This document shows, in pieces, positions 36,120-45,377 of a stretch of DNA of 45,768 bases. Position numbers and translations under genes: made by a program. The notes beneath the pieces are model-generated. The model had not been told where the DNA came from. It saw nothing but the letters and a program-made list of their open reading frames with translations, and did no database searches. Every line of letters starts with the position of its first letter. Within the stretch, counting starts at the first letter, position 1. This DNA comes from Candidatus Moraniibacteriota bacterium (lineage in GTDB: Bacteria; Patescibacteriota; Minisyncoccia; Moranbacterales; UBA2206): NCBI GenBank assembly GCA_049303795.1, contig JBAQNM010000004.1, positions 141,690-187,457 on the forward strand, given 5' to 3'.

Positions 36120-37465
36120 ACGAAAGTATAAAAAAAATAATTGACTTCATTAGGAATAATCCCAGCATTCTCTATTCATTAATTCTGATTATTTTTATTC
36201 CTATCGCAATAGCTCTTAACACATTCATTATCTCAAATAATTTTCAAAAAAATATCGATGTAATTATCCAAAAAAAAGCAGTCTTGGTTGAAAATATAAT
36301 AAATACTTCCCTACAAAATAAACTATCCAATCAGGAAAAACTTCAACTTTTGATCGAGGAAATTAAAAAAGAAAATAATGAAATAAGCTACCTTGCAATC
36401 ATAAGACCTAACCAGGAAAAAGAAGAATTTACAATTATTGCCTCAACAAAAACAGAAGATATCAACTCAAATTTAGTTGATATAAAAAAGAATCAAGCCC
36501 TTTTAGCTTGGAACAACAAGGAAGGTATCGCTTTCCTAGATGGAAACAATAAAGAAAGATTTTGGAATATTACAAAATATTTGAAAGACGAAAGTGGCAA
36601 AAAAACAGCCTTGATTTCGCTTAGTTTTTCTCTAGTCGAATCCGATAACCTCATTAACTCCACGATCAACAATTCATACGTAATTTTAATCCTAACGATT
36701 CTTATTGTCATCCTGCTTGTTGCTAATCACACTCGCCTATTCAGTTATGCTATAAGTCTGGAAAAATTAAAAGAAGTTGATAAAATGAAAGATGTTTTTA
36801 TTTCTATGGCTAGCCATGAATTACGATCTCCACTAACCGCAATTCAAGGATATATAGAATTATTCAAAGATAAGCATATAAAAGGAATTGATCTTGAGAG
36901 CCAGCGTTATCTAAATAATATCTCCATTTCAATAAAAAGACTTGGCTCACTCGTAAGTGATATGCTTGAAGTTTCTCGTCTTGAAGGAAATCGTATTCCG
37001 ATCAACCTTAGTTCTATTGACACGCAAAAAATAATTAGTGAATCAATTGAAGAATTGAAATTTTCTGCCGATGAAAAGAAATTGAAATTAAAATACACAC
37101 CCCTGAAAGACATACCTAATGCCCTGGCTGATCCCGAGAGAACTAAGCAAATTATTATTAATCTTCTGAGTAATGCAATAAAATATACCCCCAAGGGAAA
37201 AGTAGATTTAACAACAAAAATTGCAAAAAAAGAATTACTAATAACTGTAGCTGATACGGGCATGGGAATTTCCCCCGAAGAACAAGCTAAGCTTTTTCAA
37301 AAATTCTACCGTATCCAAACTGATGAAACTAAAAATATTATCGGCACTGGACTTGGTCTTTGGATAACCCGCGAGCTAGCCAGAAAGATGAATGGCGATA
37401 TCACGCTAGAAAGTATGTCTGGCGTTGGATCACGTTTCACGCTGCATCTACCTATAATAAATTAA
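36116..37465 (+). CDS. Sensor histidine kinase (HisKA + HATPase_c)
   Basis: 449 aa. ATGA start/stop overlap with the upstream gene. FISMASHELRSPLTAIQGY, NLLSNAIKYTPKG, DTGMGISPEEQAKLFQKFYR, GTGLGLWITRELA. Confidence 0.9.
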   Translation: MNESIKKIIDFIRNNPSILYSLILIIFIPIAIALNTFIISNNFQKNIDVIIQKKAVLVENIINTSLQNKLSNQEKLQLLIEEIKKENNEISYLAIIRPNQEKEEFTIIASTKTEDINSNLVDIKKNQALLAWNNKEGIAFLDGNNKERFWNITKYLKDESGKKTALISLSFSLVESDNLINSTINNSYVILILTILIVILLVANHTRLFSYAISLEKLKEVDKMKDVFISMASHELRSPLTAIQGYIELFKDKHIKGIDLESQRYLNNISISIKRLGSLVSDMLEVSRLEGNRIPINLSSIDTQKIISESIEELKFSADEKKLKLKYTPLKDIPNALADPERTKQIIINLLSNAIKYTPKGKVDLTTKIAKKELLITVADTGMGISPEEQAKLFQKFYRIQTDETKNIIGTGLGLWITRELARKMNGDITLESMSGVGSRFTLHLPIIN

Positions 37466-37505
37466 AAATCACCCTAATGGATGATTTTTAAGCTTTTCAA
37501 TCCTC

Positions 37506-38576
37506 CTATTGATTCATTTTTTCCAATTCATTTTTAAATTCGATTTGATAAATATCTAAAAGAGAAATAAATAAAACAATAATTACTGGACCAAGAAGAA
37601 CTCCGATTAATCCAAAAAGTGCAATTCCTCCAATTGTCGAAAGAAAGACCAAGATTGGGTGAAGACTAGTTTCTTTGCCCACCAATACTGGGCGGAGAAA
37701 ATTGTCAATCATACTAACCACTAACGCTCCAAAAATTATTATCACCATTCCTTGCCAAACGTTACCCATCAAAAACATAACAATACTCACCGGAAGCCAA
37801 ACTAATCCAGCGCCAAGAAGTGGGATCAAGGAAACAATTACCGTAAGTACTCCCCAGATTACAGGAGAAGGGACACCAGTAGCTAAAAAAATGATCGTCA
37901 TCAAAGCTCCCTGAACTATAGCAATCACGAGCGAACCCTTAAGCGTCGCTTTGGAAACTGAAACAAAATTTTTCAAAAGCTGACTTTCTTCTGCATTTTT
38001 AAGCGGACTAAGATTCATTATTTTTTTTATGATTACGTCACCATCTTTAAATAAATAATAGAGTGAAAAGAAAACAACAAAAGTTATAAATATAAAATGA
38101 GAAACTCCTTGATAGGTCTTCTTAATTACTGAAAAAATAAAATTACTAACATTTTTAAAGCTATCGGCTAATTGTTGGGAATTATCTGTAGAGCCAATAT
38201 TCTGTAAATCAAAAGCAGATAAATCTATTCCAACAGTTCTAAGAATTTGCGATTCTGAGAGAGATTCAAGACGCACCTGCCAATTAGTTTTTTGAATGCC
38301 TTGAAAAAGATCATTGGCCTCCTTAACAACAAGGCTAGTGGTTAATAAAAAAGGAATAACTAAAATAAAGAATAGGATGATGCAAAGGGAAAAAGAAGCA
38401 AGCGATGGACGATTTCCAAATTTATGGTTAATTTTTTCGTACCATTTTTTGAAAAGTTGAGAAATTACAAAAGCCAAAAAAAGCGCAACCAGAAAAGGCT
38501 TAAAAACAAAATAAGAGCCCACTCCAGCTAAAACTATTAATACCAATAAAAAACCCGAGTTTAAACTTGTTTTCAT
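37506..38576 (-). CDS. AI-2E family transporter (PerM/UPF0118)
   Basis: 356 aa, multi-TM. DNFLRPVLVGKETSLHPILVFLSTIGGIALFGLIGVLLGPVI. Confidence 0.9.
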   Translation of the reverse strand: MKTSLNSGFLLVLIVLAGVGSYFVFKPFLVALFLAFVISQLFKKWYEKINHKFGNRPSLASFSLCIILFFILVIPFLLTTSLVVKEANDLFQGIQKTNWQVRLESLSESQILRTVGIDLSAFDLQNIGSTDNSQQLADSFKNVSNFIFSVIKKTYQGVSHFIFITFVVFFSLYYLFKDGDVIIKKIMNLSPLKNAEESQLLKNFVSVSKATLKGSLVIAIVQGALMTIIFLATGVPSPVIWGVLTVIVSLIPLLGAGLVWLPVSIVMFLMGNVWQGMVIIIFGALVVSMIDNFLRPVLVGKETSLHPILVFLSTIGGIALFGLIGVLLGPVIIVLFISLLDIYQIEFKNELEKMNQ

Positions 38577-38692
38577 TTTTTTAGTTTAATTTACTTAATA
38601 ACCCAATTATATAGGAAAATTTTCCAGAAGAAAAGCTAGTCTTTTTCTGCCTAATCTTTTGCCTACCCAATAAAAAACAAACTCAATTAAAA

Positions 38693-39256
38693 TTAATATT
38701 CATAAATATATAATGTATCTAATGCACGATCTTTTCCTTTGATGATTTTTTTTGGTTTTTTAAATTTTAACGGAAAAGAATTAGCAATAACTAATGTTCC
38801 CTGTCTTAATTCAGTTGCAAATTTTTTTTCAAGACGATTAATAATTCCGGGGAAAAGATAAACATAAATCACATCAGCAGAACTAATATCAATTTTAAAA
38901 AAATCTTTTCTCTGATAGCTAACTTTTACTTTTGAAAAATATCTTCTAATTAAAGCTTGCGTGTAGGCGCCAATATTATATTCAACCCCCACACATTCCA
39001 ATTCTGGATATTTTTTAGCTACGTATGAAATTAAGCTTCCATTTCCTGACCCCAAATCATAAAATTTCTTTTTGTTTTTTAGATCAATGTGACGTGAAAT
39101 TTTGCTAATAACGCTTTTATTAGTAGCAAGCATGGGAACTTTTAAATAGAAAGTATAAAAAAAATCCACATAAATAAAAAACATAATGACAAATACGGCC
39201 AAAAAAAGACAAAACACTAAAAAAAATGAGGAGATAATTATTATATTTGATACCAT
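38693..39256 (-). CDS. Class I SAM-dependent methyltransferase with N-terminal TM segment
   Basis: 187 aa. Motif I FYDLGSGNGSLISYVAKKY, then VGVEYN. Confidence 0.75.
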   Translation of the reverse strand: MVSNIIIISSFFLVFCLFLAVFVIMFFIYVDFFYTFYLKVPMLATNKSVISKISRHIDLKNKKKFYDLGSGNGSLISYVAKKYPELECVGVEYNIGAYTQALIRRYFSKVKVSYQRKDFFKIDISSADVIYVYLFPGIINRLEKKFATELRQGTLVIANSFPLKFKKPKKIIKGKDRALDTLYIYEY

Positions 39257-39285
39257 TATATTTTCACAAAATCAATTAGAATTTG

Positions 39286-39372
39286 CGGAGAGAGAGGGAT
39301 TTGAACCCTCGATGCCCTTTCGAGCATGCCGCATTTCGAGTGCGGTACTTTCAACCACTCAGCCATCTCTCC
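39286..39372 (-). tRNA. tRNA-Ser (anticodon CGA)
   Basis: Minus strand: GGAGAGA-TG-GCTGAGTGGTTGAAAGT-A-CCGCA-CTCGAAA-TGCGG-long variable arm CATGCTCGAAAGGGCATC-GAGGGTTCAAATCCCTC-TCTCTCC-G. No encoded CCA. Confidence 0.9.
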
Positions 39373-39484
39373 AATATTATTACTACAAAACTAGCAAATA
39401 TAACTTTTTTGTAGAATCACAACACTAAAATTAATAATAACAACCTACTGCATAATTGACAAATAAAATAACTTTCCAAAAAAA

Positions 39485-39512
39485 TTGACATTATTTATTT
39501 CTCTGCTATTAT
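39485..39512 (+). promoter_or_regulatory. Near-consensus sigma-70 promoter (TTGACA-16 nt-TATTAT)
   Basis: TTGACA at 39485-90 and TATTAT at 39507-12. ATG 39519 begins 7 nt after the -10 box, a leaderless geometry. Confidence 0.55.
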
Positions 39513-39518
39513 AGACTC

Positions 39519-39596
39519 ATGAAAAATATTAACTTAATCAACTCAATCTCTCGCCGCGAAGCCAAGCTCCACTTGCGAATGTTTGGTTATTGTTAG
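39519..39596 (+). other. Short transcription unit: 25-codon ORF or small RNA/leader
   Basis: The ORF reads MKNINLINSISRREAKLHLRMFGYC*. It is bounded by the promoter at 39485-39512 and the terminator at 39619-39645. Confidence 0.3.
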
Positions 39597-39618
39597 TTTT
39601 CCATAATATTTAGTTACC

Positions 39619-39645
39619 AAACAGCCTCGTGGGCTGTTTTTTTGT
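39619..39645 (+). terminator. Intrinsic terminator
   Basis: AAACAGCC-tcgtg-GGCTGTTTTTTTGTTTT. Confidence 0.65.
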
Positions 39646-39836
39646 TTTCAAATTTTTAACTTATCCCTATGAAATCATTATTTATTCAATTTAATCGCCG
39701 TAATAAACAAGACTTCTTCAGTTTTGTTGTTATGGCTCAAAAAATTTTAAGCCCTAACATCCGGACTGAAAATGTTTTAGTCGGGGTTAGTTCGTTAACA
39801 ATTAGAAAAGAACGGTTTCAAAAAAAGGAGTACGCC

Positions 39837-40406
39837 ATGATGAAATTGAAAAAATGCCTTTGCAATAATTGTCTACAAACCCTGCTGTCATTAAATTACT
39901 GCACATTTAAAAAACCGTCTCAAAGAGAGGCGCGAAAAGCAGTAAAACTAATCAAAAAAATGGTGAGCAAGCATGAAAGTAAAATGCTAGTTAGGCGGCC
40001 AGCATTTTATTTGAACAACAAAACAATCATCGCCAAGAATTATTTTGGCCAATTGATTGGCGTTATTTCAATTATCGACTGGGGCGATGGAAGTATCGAA
40101 ATAGTTTCCCATGTCGTCCATCCCAATTATCAAGGCGCCGGCTTAGGCAAAATACTATTTCATAAAATGAAAAAAATAATCAGGCATGCGAGTCCCAAGA
40201 TTGTTTTTCTTTTCACTAATCAAATTGAATTCTATAAAAAAATCGGATTCGCAGAAACTAACCCGGAACAATTTGGAACAAAAATTCAATCCGATTGCCT
40301 GCCCTGTCGGCTTGGTCCAAATGGGCCTGGCCACTTCCCCTGCCCGGAAAAGGCAATGAAATTAAACGAGAATCTCTGGGAAAAAATCGGGGAAATCTAT
40401 TGCTAG
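39837..40406 (+). CDS. GNAT family N-acetyltransferase with Cys-containing N- and C-terminal extensions
   Basis: The ORF-track frame starts at 39669. I prefer ATG 39837, with AAGGAG 6 nt upstream. GVISIIDWGDGSIEIVSHVVHPNYQGAGLGKILFHKMKKII...FYKKIGFAE. Confidence 0.8.
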   Translation: MMKLKKCLCNNCLQTLLSLNYCTFKKPSQREARKAVKLIKKMVSKHESKMLVRRPAFYLNNKTIIAKNYFGQLIGVISIIDWGDGSIEIVSHVVHPNYQGAGLGKILFHKMKKIIRHASPKIVFLFTNQIEFYKKIGFAETNPEQFGTKIQSDCLPCRLGPNGPGHFPCPEKAMKLNENLWEKIGEIYC

Positions 40407-40413
40407 AAAAAAG

Positions 40414-40444
40414 GGCCATCAGTCAAAGATTGGTGGCCATTTTG
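40414..40444 (+). terminator. Candidate intrinsic terminator after the GNAT gene
   Basis: GGCCATCA-gtcaaagat-TGGTGGCC-ATTTTG. The 8-bp stem includes one G-U. Confidence 0.5.
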
Positions 40445-40606
40445 ATTCCAGTGAAAAAAATAATTAATCTCACCACTTTATCTGAAACTCCAATTCATTC
40501 TCTTTACCGTCTTTTTCAAATTCAATGGAGATTTCTGACTCAGCCGGAATTCGAATTTTTTTATTCTAAATTTTAAATAATACCTTTGTATATTTCTACA
40601 ACATCA

Positions 40607-40912
40607 TTATATCCTTTTTGCTGGCATATTAGATGGCAAGCATGCTAGCTGACCACTGTTCCCCATTTTTTTACAAGTGCCTGATTGTTTTTCACTATTT
40701 TGAGAAGAGATTGCCTCACAAGCATCCCCCTCACTTTTGCCCTGACAAGAAGCTGCGGCCTCAGCTGGAATTCCTGGTTGGTTTTTGTCAGAAGGCATAT
40801 TGTTTGCACTTCCCGGCCCCTGCTTCTGATTATTAGAACTTTTTCCTCCACAGCCAGCTAAAACCAGTACACAAAGAGAAAGCGCTGCTAGACCAACAAT
40901 TTTTTTCTTCAT
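40607..40912 (-). CDS. Small lipoprotein
   Basis: 101 aa. Lipobox in MKKKIVGLAALSLCVLVLAGCGG. The mature part is Gly/Ser/Asn/Gln-rich with 4 further Cys. Confidence 0.75.
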   Translation of the reverse strand: MKKKIVGLAALSLCVLVLAGCGGKSSNNQKQGPGSANNMPSDKNQPGIPAEAAASCQGKSEGDACEAISSQNSEKQSGTCKKMGNSGQLACLPSNMPAKRI

Positions 40913-41052
40913 TTTTTTTATTATTAATAATTAGCGGATTATAAATAAAAATAAGATGCTCGATTTTTTCATATATTCATAGACGTACTCTTAGTTATCG
41001 CATTAATACTAGCAGAATAAAGAACGCCATCCATTGATTTTCATAGCATTCT

Positions 41053-41379
41053 TCACTCATCATCCGACTCAACCTCTACCATCACTCCATCATCAGCAGC
41101 TTCTTCTTCATCCTTGTCGCTATTGAATTTTTCCTCATTTTCATTTGACACAACGTCAGAATCCGAATCATCGCTGGAATTATTCCGGCTTTCCTGGATG
41201 ATTCTTCCCTCATTTGGATTTTGCTCGGAAGGAACGCCGTTTTCTTCGTTGTTTTGAGAGAAATTACTTGTCACTTCTTTTTCAGAGGATATAATTTCAT
41301 GGTACAAACGATAACCCAAAAAAGCAGAGGCGGCAAAAAAAATAATTGCTCCAAGTGCGTATAGGAAATTTTTATTCAT
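41053..41379 (-). CDS. Small N-terminally anchored protein with highly acidic tail
   Basis: 108 aa. TM FLYALGAIIFFAASAFLGY, then an Asn/Glu/Asp/Ser-rich tail ending VEVESDDE. Confidence 0.6.
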   Translation of the reverse strand: MNKNFLYALGAIIFFAASAFLGYRLYHEIISSEKEVTSNFSQNNEENGVPSEQNPNEGRIIQESRNNSSDDSDSDVVSNENEEKFNSDKDEEEAADDGVMVEVESDDE

Positions 41380-41430
41380 ATTCCTTGGTTATTTAAAAAT
41401 GTTTTTGCTGAAAAAATAGCTGGTCTTCAG

Positions 41431-42120
41431 TTAATCTTCGTCAGTCGTAGCTGTTTTGATAGGAGAATATACCGAATAACTGCTGCTGCCATCCTTTTTT
41501 ATCCTGATTTTAAAACTATAAAGAGTATCTGATTTCAAGTTGTCCATAGAGAGAGAACCTTCACCATCATCATCAAGCGTAAAAGAAAACGTTTTCGTCG
41601 ACCAGGATGTTTTTTTCTTGTAGGCAACCTGGACATCGACCACTTTGTTTTCCAGATCATCGCAAGATATTTTCAATTTTGCGGAATCTTCCGTTATGCC
41701 ATTGATCTTGTCGATTACCGGATCATAATCCGAGCCTTTCGTCGTGGTGCTAACGCTGCTGGAATAAGGCGAGTATAGTCTGCCGGACGCTTTTTTTACC
41801 TTTACCTTGAAGCTGTAATTGGTGGCAGAATCAAGTCCGCTTATTTTCAAATTGACAGAGCCCTTCTTTCCCAAGGTTGCTGTCGCGCTTTTATAGGAAT
41901 CTGAATCAGTATCGTCATTTGATACGAGAATCTTTATTTTCACCTTTGTTTTTGCTAAGCTTGAACAGGTTATTTTTAACTTTACGGATGTTTCTTTCGT
42001 TTCTTGGACTTTTATCGATGGAGTGCATGTGCTTGCTGCATGCGCACCATAGGGAATGCTTAGCCAACCAAAGAAAAGCATCAGGCTAAAGAAAGACGCG
42101 AGTGTAATTTTATGGAACAT
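41431..42120 (-). CDS. Secreted protein with two FN3-like modules
   Basis: 229 aa. Signal peptide SFFSLMLFFGWLSIPYGAHA. Modules end SGLDSATNYSFKVKVKKASGRLYSPYSSSVSTTT and DNLKSDTLYSFKIRIKKDGSSSYSVYSPIKTATT. Confidence 0.75.
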   Translation of the reverse strand: MFHKITLASFFSLMLFFGWLSIPYGAHAASTCTPSIKVQETKETSVKLKITCSSLAKTKVKIKILVSNDDTDSDSYKSATATLGKKGSVNLKISGLDSATNYSFKVKVKKASGRLYSPYSSSVSTTTKGSDYDPVIDKINGITEDSAKLKISCDDLENKVVDVQVAYKKKTSWSTKTFSFTLDDDGEGSLSMDNLKSDTLYSFKIRIKKDGSSSYSVYSPIKTATTDED

Positions 42121-42147
42121 AATGAAAAAAATTATATAATTAAAAAA

Positions 42148-43368
42148 TTATTCGTATTTCAACGCATCAATCGGATTTAATTTCGCCGCACGCTGAGAAG
42201 GATAAAGCCCGAAGAAAACTCCAATTGCAACACATACACCCACAGCTAAAAGAATGGGATAAAGTTGAAAGACAAAAGGAATCTTGATAATAATAGAAGC
42301 AATATATGAAAAAATTTCTCCGGTAGCCATTCCAATAATTCCTCCAGTGATAGTTAGCACTACTGCTTCAATTAAAAATTGGAGTAAGATGTCATTTTTT
42401 CTAGCACCCAAAGCTTTGAGGAGTCCGATCTCTTTTGTTCTTTCTGTAACGCTTACGAGCATAATATTCATCACTCCAATCCCACCGACAAGAAGTGAGA
42501 TGCCAGCGATTCCGGCCAGCATTGCCGTCAGCGTGCTCGTTATGCTGCTTAGAGTTTCCTGCATTTCTTTGGAACTGGTGATATTAAAATCAATATTAGC
42601 TTCATCGGTTATTCCATGCCTTTCCATTAGCACTTGTTTAATCTCATCCGTGGTTTGATTAATAATCGTGATATCAGACAAGGATAATTGAATCGATTGG
42701 ACATAGTTTTGTCCGAGAAGTATTTTCATAGCCGTAGTTACTGGAACATAAACGGCTTTATCCGGGTTTGACATTCCGCTGCTTCCCTTGGCTTTGGTAA
42801 TTCCAACTACCCTAAATAGCTGAGACTTTATCTGAATAACCTGCCCAGTCGGATCGGCTCCTTCGCCAAAAAGTTCGCTGGCAATTTCCGGACCGATAAC
42901 CACTACTTTGGAATAGAAGCTTTCGTCTTCTTCGCTGAACAATTCCCCTAAATCAACAGTTATAGACTGGGTTTCAAAATAATTAGCCGAAACTCCCTGA
43001 ATAGTAGTATTCACATTTTCCCCGTTTCCAATTACCTGCGCGCTGCTTTGGACTGAGGCTGAAACAGCGTTAATATTGGAGAAATCATTATTGTCCTTAA
43101 AGAATTGAGCATCGGCATAAGTCAACGTTTGGACATTCCCTCCGCCTTGCACCGGCCCTCTGGACTGGTTTCCGGGCGATATAGACAAAAGATTGGATCC
43201 CATCGAAGAAACTTCCGAGGTAATTGAGGAAGTAGCTCCCTTGGCGATAGAAATAATAAGAATAACCGAAGCGATTCCAATCACGATTCCCAGCATCGCT
43301 AAAATCGTCCTCAGCCGATTATGCCTCAATGATGAAAATGAAATATTGAATGCATCAAAAAAACTCAT
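42148..43368 (-). CDS. MacB/FtsX-type ABC transporter permease (MacB periplasmic core domain + FtsX)
   Basis: 406 aa. FSSLRHNRLRTILAMLGIVIGIASVI, a large extracytoplasmic loop, and three C-terminal TM helices with EIGLLKALGA. Confidence 0.9.
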   Translation of the reverse strand: MSFFDAFNISFSSLRHNRLRTILAMLGIVIGIASVILIISIAKGATSSITSEVSSMGSNLLSISPGNQSRGPVQGGGNVQTLTYADAQFFKDNNDFSNINAVSASVQSSAQVIGNGENVNTTIQGVSANYFETQSITVDLGELFSEEDESFYSKVVVIGPEIASELFGEGADPTGQVIQIKSQLFRVVGITKAKGSSGMSNPDKAVYVPVTTAMKILLGQNYVQSIQLSLSDITIINQTTDEIKQVLMERHGITDEANIDFNITSSKEMQETLSSITSTLTAMLAGIAGISLLVGGIGVMNIMLVSVTERTKEIGLLKALGARKNDILLQFLIEAVVLTITGGIIGMATGEIFSYIASIIIKIPFVFQLYPILLAVGVCVAIGVFFGLYPSQRAAKLNPIDALKYE

Positions 43369-43378
43369 AGGCTATGAT

Positions 43379-44086
43379 TTAATTAAATTCATTAGTTTTA
43401 TCTTCAACGATAAGCCCATCTTTAAGAGCAATAGTTCTTTTTCCGAAGGCGGCAATGTCCGGCTCATGAGTAATCAAAACTATAGTTTTCCCTTCCTCAT
43501 TAAGCGTCTGAAAAAAACGCATTATATCATGAGAGGTGACACTATCCAGATTTCCAGTCGGCTCGTCAGCCAAAATAATTTCTGGATCCATTACCAGGGC
43601 CCGGGCAACGGCCACTCGCTGAATTTGACCGCCTGAAAGCTGATTGGACAAGTTATCTATTTTATCCTCCAGATGGACTGTTTTTAAAGCGGAAAGAACC
43701 CGCTCTCTTCTTTGGGAGCGAGTGATTTTTCTACTATAAATCATCGGCCTTTCCACATTATGATAAACGCTCACTCTGGGGATGAGGTTGAATGACTGAA
43801 ATACGAATCCGATTTTTTCATTTCTCACCTTGGCCAGCTCGCCTTCGCTGTAGTTGGTAATATTCGAGTCGTTAAAAATATATTTTCCCTCTGTCGCCGT
43901 GTCCAATGTTCCAATAATATTCATAAGCGTTGATTTTCCTGACCCTGAAGGTCCCATGATAGAAATAAAATCTCCCTCATGAACATTAAAAGAGATTCCT
44001 TTCAAAGCTTGATATGAGGTGTTATCGCCCATAAGATAGTTTTTTTTAATATTTCGAAGAGAAATAATCAATTTTGATCGTGCCAT
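43379..44086 (-). CDS. ABC transporter ATP-binding protein (MacB/LolD/YknY-like)
   Basis: 235 aa. GPSGSGKSTLMNIIG, LSGGQIQRVAVARAL, ILADEPTGNLD. Confidence 0.95.
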   Translation of the reverse strand: MARSKLIISLRNIKKNYLMGDNTSYQALKGISFNVHEGDFISIMGPSGSGKSTLMNIIGTLDTATEGKYIFNDSNITNYSEGELAKVRNEKIGFVFQSFNLIPRVSVYHNVERPMIYSRKITRSQRRERVLSALKTVHLEDKIDNLSNQLSGGQIQRVAVARALVMDPEIILADEPTGNLDSVTSHDIMRFFQTLNEEGKTIVLITHEPDIAAFGKRTIALKDGLIVEDKTNEFN

Positions 44087-44116
44087 ACGTTAAAAGACAG
44101 TTTTTAAATTTGTAAA

Positions 44117-45361
44117 CTATTTAGCAGCGGGTGTCTTGGTAGCATCCGAAAGTGAAATTATCATCCCTTCTTCCAATCCACTGACAATCTCCACTTGCGA
44201 CCCGCTCTTGAGACCAGTCTTAACTGAGACATATTCGTAAATTTGTTTTCCCTTTGAATCAGTTTTGAGCACCTGCACTCCTTTCGCGTTTTGATACGGT
44301 TTTAAAGCCTTGCTTGGAACGACTATTACATTTTCCCGGGAGTTTGTTTCCACAGTAACATTAGCCGTCATTTTAGGTAGCATTCTTTCGTCTTGATCGG
44401 TAACGGAAAGATAGGCGTTATACGTAATTACTCCGGATTCTTCCACCCCAAAATCATCTATTTTTTCAACTGTTCCGGTATATTCTTTGCCTGAAATGGC
44501 ATCAAATTTAATCGTAGCTTTTTGTCCCAGGGCGATTTTAGATCTTTCCATTTCATTAATACCGATTTTCACCGAATATCCAGAAAGATCGCCAATGACC
44601 AGAACGGGAGAAGCGATCGTGGAGGATGTCACGGTAATATCGGAAAAATAAACAACATCACCGACTCTCACAGATAAGTTACTGACTGTCCCGGTAACCT
44701 GCGCTTTAATAATGGCATTCTGCGTGGCATCATAGGAAAGTTTAGCTGCCTTTACATTGGCTTGACTAGCATCAATTGCGGTCTGGGCATCGTCATATTT
44801 TCTTTGTGAAGCGTCAAGCGAGCTTTCTCTGGCAGTTACAGCTTGTTTCAAGGCCGTTTTTTCTTTGGAAGTATAATCATCATTAGTTTGCGGATTTTCA
44901 TCGTGATCTTTTTGATATTCACGATCAACTTTGGCGTCCGTCAAAGATTTTTTATCGCTAAGCACTTGAGCATAAGCACTTTCCTTGTCCTGCTGGGATT
45001 TTTTCAAATTATTAAGCGCGGTCAAATAGCTCGCATAAGCCGTCGCTTCTTCCTGGTCGGTACTGGTTGATTTTACCTTAAACAGTTTTTGTCCGGCTTG
45101 AACTGAATCTCCGTTCTTTACATAAAGCTCCTCAACCACTCCATTTGAAGTGGAATAAACATCTACTTGAGCCGCTTGAACATTACCTGTTTCCATAATG
45201 GCTTCGGTGATATTTCCCCTCCCGACAGTATATGTTTCGATTTTGACGACTTTCTTGTTGAAAAATATAAACCAGGCTGCAACAATCAGGATGATAACTA
45301 TTATTATCGAGAGAATCTTTCTCTTTTTCACAAAAGCTGTTATTTTTTTCATAACTTTCAT
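44117..45361 (-). CDS. HlyD/MacA/YknX-like membrane fusion (periplasmic adaptor) protein
   Basis: 414 aa. N-terminal TM, lipoyl-like VKNGDSVQAGQKLFKV, a long coiled-coil hairpin and beta-barrel C-terminal domains. Confidence 0.85.
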   Translation of the reverse strand: MKVMKKITAFVKKRKILSIIIVIILIVAAWFIFFNKKVVKIETYTVGRGNITEAIMETGNVQAAQVDVYSTSNGVVEELYVKNGDSVQAGQKLFKVKSTSTDQEEATAYASYLTALNNLKKSQQDKESAYAQVLSDKKSLTDAKVDREYQKDHDENPQTNDDYTSKEKTALKQAVTARESSLDASQRKYDDAQTAIDASQANVKAAKLSYDATQNAIIKAQVTGTVSNLSVRVGDVVYFSDITVTSSTIASPVLVIGDLSGYSVKIGINEMERSKIALGQKATIKFDAISGKEYTGTVEKIDDFGVEESGVITYNAYLSVTDQDERMLPKMTANVTVETNSRENVIVVPSKALKPYQNAKGVQVLKTDSKGKQIYEYVSVKTGLKSGSQVEIVSGLEEGMIISLSDATKTPAAK

Positions 45362-45377
45362 TTGGCTGAATAAAAAA

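Noticed and set aside
39186-39428. 80-aa plus-strand ORF
   Set aside because: It reads straight through the tRNA-Ser gene (39286-39372) on the opposite strand and overlaps the methyltransferase start.
39286-39700. tRNA-Ser as a possible integration site for a mobile element
   Set aside because: There is no integrase or recombinase nearby, and I found no direct repeat of the tRNA 3' end by eye.
40470-40565. Start-less 31-codon open frame on the minus strand (NKKIRIPAESEISIEFEKDGKENELEFQIKW*), faintly PepSY-like
   Set aside because: It has no ATG/GTG/TTG start and is too short for a family call. It could be a gene remnant, but the evidence is insufficient.
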